In this document: piece by piece, positions 39,222 to 52,259 of the stretch | Position numbering within the stretch: position 1 is the stretch's first letter | Layout: every line of letters starts with the position of its first letter | NCBI RefSeq assembly: GCF_006345805.1 | Contig: NC_042998.1 | Coordinates: 93,930,001 to 93,994,000, forward strand | Length of the DNA: 64,000 bases | Source: Octopus sinensis | Taxonomy: Eukaryota | Direction: 5' to 3' | Made by a program: the position numbers and the translations under genes | Notes under the pieces: generated by a model | Told to the model about the DNA's origin: nothing | The model's database searches: none | The model's input: the letters and a program-made list of their open reading frames with translations, nothing else

Positions 39222-40690
39222 CACGTAAAAAGCACCATCCAACTGTGGCCATTGCCAGCTTCATCTGGTCCCCGTGCTGGTGGCATGTAAAAAGCACCAT
39301 CCGATTGTGGCTGTTTGCCAGCCTCGTCTGGCACCTGTGCCGGTGGCACGTAAAAAGCACCCACTACACTCACGGAGTGGTTGGCATTTGGAAGGGCATC
39401 CAGCTGTAGAAACACTGCCAGATCAGACTTGGCCTGGTGCAGCCTTCTGGTTTCCCAGACCCCAGTTGAACCGCCCAACCCATACCAGCATGGAAAGCGG
39501 ACGTTAAATGATGATGATGGGATTTTGAGAGCAGTTTTTCCTACAGAACTTACAAATACCTGAGAAAGAATATTAGAACCATTTTACCACTGATTAGAAA
39601 AGGTATCCATTGTAGCTACTTGGCAAAATAATTCGTGAAAAAGATCTCTTTTCACGAATTTTCTTATCCAAGCGAGCAAGAAAAAAAAATCCTACAAAAG
39701 AATGAAAGTAACTCAAAAATATATTTAAGCAGGCCCTGCTTTATTATATGATTTATATCCTACAGAGTGGCTTCCAGCTAAATATACAATATATATGCAA
39801 AACTCATTTATGATGTTTGATTAAATATACATGGAGAATAAATTGAGTTAATAAACAGTACCAAATTAGTCTTTTACATTCTAACTTTATTTTCCTAATT
39901 TATGAATATTGTACTAATATTTAATGTTTGTCCATGCAAAACATGGAATCACATAGAATATGGGACTTAGCTATACAAGTGTAAAGGAATATACACTTCC
40001 ATAAGACTTTTAACTTTGAACTCTTTTATATTTTTTAGTGATGACCACACCCTCTCCTCTTTTCTTATTTTTTCCATCCAACTTGCTAAAATTGACATCT
40101 TGAAAAGTCACCAGCCATTGTGAGAAAATGTGTTTATTTACAAATATGTTGGCTGTCTGATTATGAAAAGTATGTAAGTAAATGCAAAAGGCTTGATTAT
40201 CTACATGATCAATGGAGATTCCTATTGCAAGCATGCACATTTATAAATTTTTATAAACAACATTGCTGAAATCAATGGATATTCATTCTAAAAGGCGAAG
40301 TTGCTTGGAAGACACTAAATCCACTGAGATTTGGAAGAGAGTGAAAGAAAACAGACAGAAAAATAGCTGAATTTATAGAAGTTTCTATATCATTTGATTT
40401 TGACAGATGTATCAAAGGTCATTTAAGAGAATGAGAAAAATAAATTATTTTAAATATATGAGTTTCAGGGATTTCGCTTTTCAAAATGTAACCAGAAAAA
40501 TGTCTAACTTTCTCAAGTTTTTATATAGTTTCTTTTAGGATTTATATATTTCTGTATGAGTCATGCAAGGTTGTATACTCCCACTACCACTGTTCACTCT
40601 CTATTCATTAGCAATACTTGTGGAAGTATTCTGTAAATCAACTGGAAATGTATACAATACAGACATCCTTATGCTAACCTATATAAACTG
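36458..40690 (+). repeat. Segmental duplication, copy A
   Basis: Colinear, highly similar to 43098-46730 (direct) and then to 51283-51820 (inverted). Confidence 0.95.
37880..39030 (+). mobile_element. Degenerate Penelope-like element (RT, linker, GIY-YIG), copy A
   Basis: TAMGTWFAFSYGNLVMGYL, FHPSIKF, THNPGVANIF...RRQPKSLKKHLTKA and a frameshifted GIY-YIG region. Confidence 0.85.
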
Positions 40691-40714
40691 CTATATTTGT
40701 CCCAAATCTTCTAA

Positions 40715-41527
40715 AACCTTCCGACAGTCCTCTCCTCACCACTTCGGTAAATATTTCCCACACAAATTTCTTTATAAACTGAATCTATGCTGTTTGAAAG
40801 GTGTCTCTGTAAAATTTTACTAAAAGATATCCATTTTTCCTGAAAGTTATGAGGGAAAAATCGGATCTTGTGAATTTTCCGAAAGTCCTCTCCCCACCCC
40901 ACCCTCGTTCGTTTGCGCAATCTTTTTTTCCATATTCGTTTTCTACACATTTTTTTTACACCTATTAGACAGTTTTTTTTTCTTTCGTTTTGGAGACTGG
41001 GCGCTAAACCAGATCCCAAAAGTAATGAGTGGTAAAAAACAGACCATGTGAACTTTCCGACAGTCCTCTCCCCACACCTTCGGAAAAACATATTCCCCAC
41101 AAACTTCTTTATAATCGTAATCTATGCCGTTTGAAAGGTATTTCTGTAAAATCTCATTAAAAGTTATTCATTTTCCTGAAAGCTATGTGGGGGGAAATAA
41201 ACGAATCGTGTGAATTTTCTGACAGTCCTCTACCCAACCCTTCGAAAAAAATTTTCCTCAGAAAGGTCTTTGTAATCGTAATTTGTTCCATTTGAACCGT
41301 ATTTCTATAAAATTTTATCAATATGTATCCATTTTCCTGAAAGGTATGAGAGAAAAATCGGATCTTGTGAATTTTCCGAAAGTACTCTCCCCGCCCCACC
41401 CCCGTTCGTTTGCGGGATTTTTTTGTTTTTCATATTCGTTTTCTACACACTTTTTTTTACACCTAGTAGGCTGAGTTTTTTTTTTTTTCTTTTTAGTTTT
41501 CGTTAACGGGTCTCAGACTGTATATAG
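40715..41527 (-). repeat. Modular repeat element with tandem roughly 170-bp units, same family as 21510-23130
   Basis: Repeated GAAAAATCGGATCTTGTGAATTTTCCG units. The end GTTAACGGGTCTCAGACTGTATAT matches the reverse complement of about 21511-21535. Confidence 0.8.
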
Positions 41528-41984
41528 ACCTCCCCACCCCAGAAAAGATGGGGTGCATAACATCAGAAATAAAAGATGAAGTTATCTTCTGAACATCTAT
41601 AGTTGACAAATATAGATTAAACAGATTCTATTGTGAAAGTAAAGAGGAACTCACTTTGGCTAATTACATAATTCTCCCAAATCAATAACAATTGAGACGT
41701 CGATATCTTACCCAAATATTAGTCTTCGCCATCACGAAGAACAGTGACATGGGATAAAGTGGTGCTGTACGACCCGTGTGCAGTATGTGGTACCGGTATC
41801 AGTAACTAGAATAGCAGTGGTGGACTCAGGGTTATTAATCAAGTATTGTTGGTACACTTCGGTTGTTGGAGTCAGCACGGATAAATTGCTCAGCGAGGAT
41901 CGAAGAAGGGATCACTTAAGCGTTTTAGTCCTTAAGGACTCTTTATCGGGAGCATATCAATTATAATTTATTATAGTGGCTCAG

Positions 41985-42310
41985 ATATGGTTGTGTGGTA
42001 AGAAGTTTGCTTCCCAGCCATATGGTTCCGAATTTAATCCTACTGCATGGCACATTGGCCAATTGCCTTCTGCTATAGCCACGGGCCGACTAAAACCGTG
42101 TGAGTGGATTTGGTAGGCAGAAACTGAAAGAAGAAACTGAAGAAAGTGTTCCACCATTGCTTAACAGTCGGTAAATTAGCGGTTCGGCAAATGATATAGA
42201 TAGAATAAGTACCAGACATTAAAAGTAAGCGCTGGGATCGATCTGTTTGACTAAGGCTTTCGATGTGGTATCCCAACTTCGCCGCAGTCCATTGATAGAA
42301 ACAAGATAAA
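41985..42310 (+). mobile_element. tRNA-derived SINE, family A variant
   Basis: GGTTGTGTGGTAAGAAGTTTGC head; variant tail CCCAACTTCGCCGCAGTCCATTGA, also seen at about 22143. Confidence 0.8.
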
Positions 42311-43668
42311 AAATTCTTAAGCTAATCAAAGAGTTTTCTCCCTTTTATACTGCTGCAACTTTATTTTGTTATGTAAACTGGTGCACCTGAGCACTGTATA
42401 CAATAATTTCATTATTATATTATTATTATTTTAACTGCCAAACAATTATGCCCTTTTCTCCAAATTTTTATTTTCCTACATAACATATAAACATGTACAT
42501 CTTTTAGAACATTGTCATTTTATAAGATTTTGCTGGAAAATTTTAAAATTAACATAAACATTGAAATTTCAGTAATCACATAACAGTGTTCACCGTTTTA
42601 CAAAATTAAATTAGAAAATTAGACAAAAAAGAGAACACAACTGAAAAAATTAAAAGAAAAGAAAAGAGAGAGAAATAATCATTGGTGAGAAGACTCAATA
42701 CTAAATTCGTTTTGGCAAGGACTTAGTCTTGTTGAATGAACCCTCAGTCAAAGTATATCTATTTATCAGCAGCAGGAATTGAAATTAACAATATCCCGAT
42801 ATAATGTGGAAATAAGTGTATATAGAAATAAATGTCAGAAGGTATGTTTGTTAATAGAACAAAGTAATTTATTTGCAATTGTTGACAAGTGCTGAGCAAT
42901 GTGAACATATAAATGTAGGAGTTGGGGAAGCCATGAAAACTCACAATTGCACAAGAAGGTTAGAAGTTTGCAATACTTAGGATGTAAGAAAAATGAACAG
43001 GCAATAGCTGGTGGTATGAAAGCTGGTGTGAAATGTGAAGATCTGTCGGTTGCATAGATTTGTCTGCTGATGGTTGTGCAGCTATGTTCATGATGATGAA
43101 CTTTGGCAATGCACGCATAGTACCAGGTTAACCTGCATATTGCTCAATTATTTTGTTTTTAATTTTTGGTGTTATGTATGTATTTTATTTATGATTAATT
43201 ATAAGTAGGTCCATTACCTACAAAGGGAATGTACTTCATTCCAAGTCATTCCAAACCATGTTCTCTAGGTAAATAACAAAATGTATTATAAACAAAATCA
43301 GTGAACATGAGTTTGATGAGCAAGGTACCTTTTGAAAATCACAGGAGCATGCACATCTGCACAGAAGGATGTACCACAACCAGTTGTCCACATTCTCACT
43401 TGCAAGAAACCAATGCAAGATGATTTGAAACGATCGTAATGATTAATAAAGAATCTCATGAATTCTATTTTCTCTTTCTCTCAAATATTGTATACTCGAC
43501 AGAAACAGAGGAATTCCTGAAGTAAATCCAGTGGTACTTATATTATACTGTTGATGATATCAGGCAGCCGAAGACAGTGAATGTTCTTTAAACAGCATAC
43601 CCGAATTAAAAATTATCACTCACATATATGTATGTATGTATGTACACATAAAATTTACACTAGACATA

Positions 43669-44087
43669 CTCTACGGAGAGCTTGCTAGGGGTACTAGGTC
43701 TGTGGGTAGACCGCTCTTACGTTACAAGGATGTTTGCAAAAGGGACATGAAGGCCTGCAACATCAATATTAGCGGTTGGGAGGCAGTTGCCGGCAACCAT
43801 GGAGACTGGCGACGTACCGTAGGAGAGGGAATACAAAGGAGTGACAGAGAGAGAGAGAGAGAGGAGAAATGGAAAGACAAGAAAAGACGTCAACAAGAAA
43901 CTATGGCATTACAACCAGCCAGGAACAGTCTTCGCTACATTTGCGGTACCTGCCAGAGGGAGTGTTTGTCCAGGATAGGACTACACAGCCACAGCAGGAA
44001 ATGTATCAGGACATGAAATGTAAAAGCAGGACTAGACTACTTTATGCGCAACTCCATTGTCTCCCGAGACAAAAAGGATGCCAACCA
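43669..44087 (+). mobile_element. 5'-truncated RTE (BovB-like) LINE insertion with 12-bp TSD
   Basis: LYGELARGTRSVGRPLLRYKDVCKRDMK...YICGTCQRECLSRIGLHSHSRKC*; short CCAA tail. ACACTAGACATA at 43657-43668 and 44088-44099; single copy at the empty site 37028-37039. Confidence 0.95.
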
Positions 44088-44934
44088 ACACTAGACATAA
44101 AATATACACTATATGCAAGATTTCCACAAGATAAGTAACATTCTGTTAAATAAAAGAAAAATTTTATTAATAGTTTAATAGCTTTTAAAAAAATCTTTTT
44201 CCGGTTATTGTAACTGCATCAAGTAATTTTTTACGAAAGTTTATATAAGTATAATTTTCTTCCTAGGCTCTTTGTGCTTAGTCTGACCAAATAACGATTT
44301 ATTAAATTTTTACCGAAAAGAAAATATTGCGGACCATACTAGAAATATCATGGGAAGTAACTCATATTCATTTAACTTTCGCATGCAAACTAGTAAATAA
44401 AGGGACGTAACTCAGCTCTACAATTAAATATCTCCGTAACTCTTGAAGGCTTGAGTGTTCATACAGTTTCCTTGTTAACATTATACAAAATGCTTTACAG
44501 TATTTTATGACATTTAACATTCAGAGTTCAAATCCCTCTGAGATCAACTTTGATTTAATCTTCCCACACCCCACAACATGCACACAGATTGTTGCTTTGT
44601 GCCTATGTTAGAAACAATTATGAATAGTGTTATGTATTTTATCTGTAAAATTCGAATATATGTACAAGTTTTATATGCCATAAAGGAAACTAGAAAACTG
44701 TTTCAAGCAAGTTCTTTGTCACAGGAAAGAAAATTTGTTTTTAAAGTTGATAATAACATCGAGAAAACAGGATTTGTCTGTAATTGGACAATGAAGCTAC
44801 TGACGTAGACAGAAATGGTAGAGCAATGAAGTAGTAGTTCTTAATTTTTAACTATTAATATTCATTTAGTAAATCAGTCATGCTCTATGTCCCCCTCCCT
44901 TGCTGCTTTTAGATTTGATAATAAAATATATCGA

Positions 44935-45908
44935 CAGGTAAAGTACACAGCTATGGAGACATAGTTTGTACCCTCATATGGTAACCTAGTCATTGGATAC
45001 TTGAAAGAAAAGCTTTATGGGGAAGTAGAGAGGGCTTTTAAAAAAGATTGCAAGAAATACGTCATTATAAAGTGGAAAGGCTTCATCTTTTGGGACAAAT
45101 CAAATGAGTACCTACAAATATTTAATAGCTTGGCAAGGCATCTGTACTATAATCATTGACCCCAAAATACACTAAATCCGACCTTACAAGCTCAAAGACT
45201 TCTTAACAAAGCAGAAATACCCCTTAGGATTAATAAATGATGGAATTAGAAAGGCAATGAAGCTGAGTATCACACAATTAAGGATACCAAGGGAAAAAAT
45301 TATTTAACACATTATTCTATTTATCAATACATACAATCCTGGGGTAGCCAACATCTTTCACACCATAAAATCAAACCTACCTATACTTCTATAAATCCCC
45401 AAAATGAAAAATCTGACTGAGAGAAACCTCTTACGAAACAGTAGACACCAACCAAAAAATCTCAAAAAACACCTCACCAAAGGAAACTTCACATCAGTGA
45501 ATGAATCAGGATTATCCGTAAAAGAATGTGAAAATAATAGATGTGGACAACTTTAAATACTTAGAAAATGGTTCCGACATAAAATTCAGGAGCAGATTCT
45601 CATTCAGAGTAAATGCAGATATGAACTGAAAAATGCAGAATCTCATATACTGCATTACTTGCCCCAACTGCAAGGAAAATGATATTGGTGAAACAAGCAA
45701 TTCCCTCAGCCAATGTGCAAGAATCCAGAGACAATACATCCAAAAAGAAGAATTGTGTAAGATTCCACTGAGCAAGCATCTAGAAATATGCAGTGAAAGA
45801 AAGTTCAAAATCTTTCCCTTTTACAAATGTTCAAGCAGTGACCCAAAATTCCAAAAAGCAATGGAGCTACACTTCATCAAAAAATTCTCTCCAAAATTAA
45901 ATGTTTGA
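44935..45908 (+). mobile_element. Degenerate Penelope-like element, copy B
   Basis: NLIYCITCPNCKENDIGET...HLEIC...ELHFIKKFSPKLNV is a GIY-YIG endonuclease; RT remnants lie upstream. Confidence 0.85.
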
Positions 45909-46059
45909 AAGAGAAGCAGGGGATCCACATTTTTACTATTATTTTTTTAATAGTAATGGTGATGGATGAAGAAAAAACATTTATTATTACATTATTACTG
46001 TTGTTTCTGAATGTGACTCCAATGTTAATAACGTGATACTCATCTCTATAACTGTTCAG

Positions 46060-46098
<39 letters not shown>

Positions 46099-47187
46099 AT
46101 ATAAAACGTTGGAATTTTGACAGCTATTTTTCTTACAGAACTCACATATACCCGAGAAAGAATATTAGAACCATTTTACCACTGATTAGAAAAGGTATCC
46201 ATTGTAGCTACTTGGCAAAATAATTCGTGAAAAAGATCTCTTTTGAATTCTCTTATACAAACAAGCAAGAAAAAAAAATCCTACAAAAGAATGAATGATG
46301 CTCAACAATATATTTAAGTAGGCCCTACTTTATTATATAATTTATATACTATGGAATGGCTTCCAGCTAAATATACAATATACATACAAAATTCATTTAT
46401 GATGTTTGATTAAATATACATGGAGAATAAACTGAGTTATAAACAGTACCAAATTATTCTTCGACATTCTGACTTTACGTTCCTAATTTATGAATATTGT
46501 ACTAATATTTAATGTTTGTTCATGCAAAACAAGGAATTACACAGAATATGGGAGTTGGCTAGACAAGTGTAAAGGAATATACACTTTCATAAGACTCTTT
46601 TTTTTTAAATTTTTAGTGATGATTACACCCTCTCCTCTTTTCTTATTTTTTTCCATCCTACTTGCTAAAATTGACGTCTTAAAAAGTCACCACCCATTGT
46701 GAGAAAATGTGTTTATTTACAAATCTGTTGACAGGTATAAAATGGGGGGAAAAAAGGAGGGAGAAATAAAGAAAAATGCTTTGTAATGAAATTTCAATGA
46801 ATTGACCACATCAAATTGAAAAGAAACCTCACTCTCTCTCTCTCTCTCTCTCTCTCCATCTATCTGTTTATATATCTATCCATCAATCTATCCTTTCCCC
46901 GTCCTTTATTATTTTGTCTCCTTTTTTTTGGTTGCCCTGAAACCTCTCTCTCTATCTATCTATCTATTCCCCCCTCTTTGCTTTTCTTTCTCTTTTCCCT
47001 CTTTTTCAAAAACAAAAATACAATATTCTCTTTCTCTGAACAAAGCAAAAAAGCATCCGATTCATATAAATAAACAACAAAACATTCTGTTTTTACCATG
47101 TTGATTTTGATTTTGTCTTGACGAGTTCAATAAACAAACAAAAGCATTAATAAAGAATTATCCAAAATTCTGACATATATATATGTA

Positions 47188-48344
47188 CTAGCAGCATAGC
47201 CCAGCATTGCCCGGGTATGTAAGAGCCCCTAGTAGGCAACGACCAATCCCAATCTAGTCCTTTCCCTCTAGGGAACGAAGGCACATGTGTAGTTTGCAAT
47301 GTCTTCTCTTCACTCCCAAATAACTATCAAACAGCTATCGATAATTCAACCCAACCAATTCTTACCAGGAAGAATTTACATTCGAGACTTTACCCCCAAC
47401 TAACTTTACCCCTGCTAATAGCTGCTGCAGCTGCAAGTTATTCGAATACTTTTTTTGTTTAAACTTTCTTTATAACTACCACCCCAAACGTTTTACCTTA
47501 AATTTTTGACGTACCCTAAGGGTCCTCGGACGCTACTTGCAAACTCTTGGTTTATTATAAACTGCTTTTGTCGTGTGCACCAAAAAACCTTTTCCATTCG
47601 TTTGTTCAGTTTGGTCACTTTTGACTTTTTCGTTGTTGTCACTCACATTGCTGCCCGCTTTTTTGCCGTTTTTGTACATTTTTAAACATTTTGGGATACT
47701 TACCCTACGTGTTCCGAGAGTTAAAAAGGTCGAGTTGCGTCCCCTAGACAGTCTGTGGTTTGTGTTTAATACACAAATCGGTTTGCTATGTGTGCCACAT
47801 ATGATTTAATTAACCGATTTTTTCCAGTAATAAAGTATCCTATTGGAATAAAAAGGGCCATACAGCTCCTTGGAGCAGACATGATGCTCGCTGTGAATTT
47901 TTAAAAAAATTCATGCCAATTTGTGAAAGATATTCTCGAAAATATGTCATCTTGAATTTGAACGCGATTTCCCAAAATGGCATAATTTTATCGATTTTTT
48001 CTGATGGTAAGGTATTGCATGGAAAACTAACGTCAGAATTTAGTTTCTTAGGGCAACATTAAGCTTCGCCATGAGTTTTGTGAAAATCGATTGGAAGTTG
48101 CGAAAACTACAACAGAAAATGTGTTGCATATAAAAAGCTTATATTCTCGACCCCATGTCGAATTTATCGATTTTTTTCAGAACTGGGGGAACTTTTCAAA
48201 ATTTTCGCTGCATTAGTTTTGAATTATGACATTGGGCTATGTGTGTGTCAAGTTTCATCAGAATCAGTTGAAAGCCGTGGTCAGGGTGAGGGTACAACCT
48301 GACAGACACACAGACAGACAAACTGCCGTTTATAAAGAGAGAGA
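47188..48344 (-). mobile_element. Non-autonomous Helitron
   Basis: On the minus strand it starts TC after an A and ends CTAG before a T, with no TSD. GC-rich hairpin CCCGGGCAATGCTGGG just before the 3' end; GTCT microsatellite near the 5' end. Confidence 0.8.
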
Positions 48345-50057
48345 TGTATATATCAAAACACAATCTTGATCTCTAACTTCATGTGGAGGTTGTGTTAGAA
48401 AAGAGAATTCTGTGTAATTTACCTTTAGAGGATCTTTCATATGGATTCGTGGTGCACAGAAGCACCTGTATTTACATCATTGACAGATTTCACTCTGGGT
48501 TCTTCTGTGGCAGGAGCAACATAACAGCCAAATCTCCCATCAACAATATAATGAGGATCAGTGTCTATTCAGACACTGGGTCCGCAAGTAGCTTGTGGGC
48601 TTATTAAAGAATAATTAATAGTGACAGAAGCAATCTTAATATCTACTATAATAATATTCTTGTGTTATTTTTTTTTTCTGTCACAGTATACGAATGAGGA
48701 AGGAAGGTGTGGTTGGCAATTCTATGGTGAAAAAAACAACTTAAAAGTGTTACAACTCTGTGTGAGTATATGTGTAAGTATATAAAAGAGAGGTATGTGA
48801 ATGTTTGTGTGTGTGTGCACGTGTGTGTGAGTGTGCAATGGAAGCAGATGGTGAACATTCAACACTGAAAAGAAAAAATCAAACAGCATTTCAACTCTGT
48901 GTGAGTATATGTGTGTGTGTGTACAAGGGAAGTATGTGAAGGTTTGTATGGATTGATGTTACATTGCAAAATAAACCGCAAGATAGCATTGAGGAGTGTA
49001 TTAATTTGAATTACCATCCATATTTGATCTTTTGGCCTTATTTATATATTAAAAAACTACAATTAGCTGTCATTTTTGATGTTGCAGGGCCAGCTAGTCA
49101 TTAATATTGCTTCTGTCACTCTTAATTACATACATCATCATCATTTAATGTCCAATTTCCAGTTATCCATGCTGTCATGGGTTGTAGGGTTTGACTGGGG
49201 CTAGCTAACTGAAGAGTTGCCTGGTCTCCATGTCTGTTTTGGTAAGGTTTCTGTGGCTGGATGGCCTTTCTAATGCCAACCACTTCACAGAGTGTACTGG
49301 GTGCTTCTACACAGCACTGGCATGGATGCTTATGTGGCACCATCACCCATAAGCTGGCAAGATTAGAATCGCTCAACTGAACAACCATGATTTTACTTAA
49401 CTATATATATATGTCTTCTGAAGCACACACATACACACACATACACACACACACATATATGTATGTGTGTGTGTAAGTTGTCTAAGAGTCCATAAACCAG
49501 AAAAAAAATGCACTTGTATATCTGTCAATAGAGTGGGTATATTATCTGAACTGTACAGTGTTATATTCCATATTGGCTACCTCTGATGAGCATAGAGTTA
49601 CATAATAAGATTGTTACCTAACACTCCAGCAAAACCCTAGCACAAAACTGATTGATAAGATCAGCTGTTATGGATATATAATACTGTACACCTCAAATTA
49701 AAACACACACACACCTATATATATATATATTATTTGCTAAGAAATTTGAAACCCAGGTATATCCGAGAAAAACTAACAAGGTAAAAGTTTTTATTTTTCA
49801 ATTCCATTGAAAATTGCTCTCAAATGTGGCTTTGATCATTTTGACTGCTTCTTGTAGCATGTAAAATTACCTGCTAAAAGGTAGTTTCTCTTGTGTTTAA
49901 ATGTACACTTGGCGTTAGGAAGGGCATCCAGCCGTAGAAACACTGCCAGATCAGACTGGGCCTGATGCAGCCTTCTGGCTTCACAGACCCCAGTTGAACC
50001 GTCCAACCCATGCTAGCATGGAAAATGGACGCTAAATGATGATGATGATGATGATGA

Positions 50058-50094
<37 letters not shown>

Positions 50095-51282
50095 CATCAT
50101 TGTTTAATGTTCACTTTCCATGCTGGCATGGGTCGAACAGTTTGACTGAGGACTAGCAAACCAGGAGGTTGCATCAAGTTTAATCTGTTCTGGCAAGGTT
50201 TTTGCAGCTGGATGTCCTTCCTAATGCCAGCCACTCTAAGAATGTAGTGAATGTTTTTTCATGCCACTAGCAAAGGGGCCAGTCTGGCAGCACTGGCATT
50301 GACCATATTCAAATGGTGCCTTTTATGTGCCACCGACATGGGAGCCAGTCAAGTTGCACTTGCGTTGATCATGCTCAAATGGTGCTTTTATGTGCCACCA
50401 GCACTGGCATCGGTCACACTCGAATGGTGCTTTTTACATGTTACTAGCACAGGTACCAGTCAGGCAGCACTGGCATCAGCCATGACAACGATGACTCAAC
50501 AGGTCTTTTCAAGCACAGCATAATGCCACACAAGTGAAGAGTACTTTTTACAGGGGAGTGGGGGAGCATTGGCATGTCAAAACATTGAACCAGGATTTTA
50601 TAAGATAAATTATCTTTCTTGTATCTCCTTCTCTTCCTTGTGTGCATGCACAGCATCTTTGGTTACTATGGAAACAGTACTTCACAATCAGCTATGGAAC
50701 AAGTGGTGCTTCTTTGGTCTGGTAAATATGGAAATAGAAATTTTCGTCACCATGATATGTAAAATACTCGCTTCTGATTGGCTAAAATACCAAACCTTTG
50801 CAAATTTTGTAGGTTAATAACTGTTTAATTATGGATTTATAGGAAAAATAAATTTCATTTTCATAATTAGTTTAAAAAACTTAATCCATATACAAAATAA
50901 ATTTGAAAATAATTAGAACAAAATTGTAAACAATGACAAAAACCACAAAAATCCAATATTTCTTTAAGTACAACATTTTGTTTATTTTTTTTTCTTTTAT
51001 TGCTTAGTCAGAAGAGGAAAGGAACTCTATGGAATAGAGACTGGTGGAAGAAGGAGTGAATGTTCTCCTCAGACATGAGACAAGACCCATGCTTTAAGGT
51101 CAGACACCTTAACCCTTTAGCTTTCAAATTTCTTTGTCAAATACAATGCTTATTTATTTACATTGTCTCGCAGCTTTGAGGTTTCGATCATGTAATTGTT
51201 TATTTTTGGGAGGCCAAATCTGCTTGGTTTGAACATAAAACATGTAGAAAATTTTGGACAGATATAAAAGTTTAAATACTAA

Positions 51283-51820
51283 CAAGTTACATAGGCTAGC
51301 ATAAGGATGTCTGTATTGTATACACTTTCGGTTGATTTACAAAATACTTCCATAAGTATTGCTAATGAATAGAGAGTGAACAGTAGTAGTGGGAGTATAC
51401 AACCCTGCATGACTCATACAGAAATATATAATTCCTTCAAACAGAAACTATATAAAAACTTGAGAAAGATAGGCATTTTTCTGGTTACATTTTGAAAAGT
51501 GAAATCCCTGAAACTCATATATTTGACATAATTTCTCATTCTCTTAAATGACCTTTGATACATCTATCAAAATCAAATGATATAGAAACTTCTATAAATT
51601 CAACTATTTTTCTGTCTGCTTTCTTTTACTCTCTTCCAAATCTCAGGGGATTTAGTGTCTTCCAAGCAATTTCACATTTTAGAATAAATATCCATTGATT
51701 TCAGCAATGTTGTTTATAAAAATTTATAAATGTACATGCTTGCAATAGGAATCTACAATGATCATGCAGATAACCAAGACTTTTGCATTCACTTACATTC
51801 TTTTCATAATCAGACAGCCA
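51283..51820 (-). repeat. Segmental duplication, copy B (inverted continuation)
   Basis: The reverse complement matches 40150-40690 continuously, from TGGCTGTCTGATTATGAAAAG to CAGACATCCTTATGCTA. Confidence 0.95.
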
Positions 51821-52259
51821 TTCTCTTTCTGTTAATTATTTTGCTCACTTGTTTTTGAGTGTCAGCTGTATATTCACTGATTAGAACCCTCTTCTGCATG
51901 ATATAATGTGTACCACTTGCCTGTTCTTCTTTTCAAAAATATAAAATATTATTATCACTGTTTCTTTGATAAATTCTACAGATGTTTTCTGAACTGGATT
52001 CATTTACATTATTTATATTTTCATTGTAATTATCTTCTGAAATTGAGTTGAAAATTACTGTAGGTGCAGGAGTGGTTGTGTGGTAAGAAGCTTGCTCTCC
52101 TACCATATGGTTCCAGGTTCAGTCCCACTGCATAGCACCTTGGGCAAGTGTCTCCTACTATAGCCTCAGGCCGGCCAAAGGCTTGTGAGTGGATTTGGTA
52201 GATGGAAACTGAAAGAAGCCCGTTGTATACATACATACAGACATATATAGATCCGACAA

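Larger units (their letters stand above)
43098..46730 (+). repeat. Segmental duplication, copy B (direct part)
   Basis: Matches 36458-40151. Carries an extra RTE insertion, lacks the family-B insertion at 39221-39518, and has a deletion of about 200 bp in the Penelope RT. Confidence 0.95.

Noticed and set aside
39629-39661. 12-bp-stem hairpin AATTCGTGAAAA...TTTTCACGAATT
   Set aside because: Disrupted in copy B and has no functional context; a Rho-independent terminator is irrelevant in animal DNA.
48383-51928. Phase-compatible chain of three minus-strand candidate exons (51928-51849 EQASGTHYIMQKRVLISEYTADTQKQ; 49664-49618 LILSISFVLGFCWSV; about 48590 SPQATCGPSV*)
   Set aside because: No recognisable protein, modest splice sites, and the chain straddles the inferred inversion breakpoint at 51820. 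Chance is likely.
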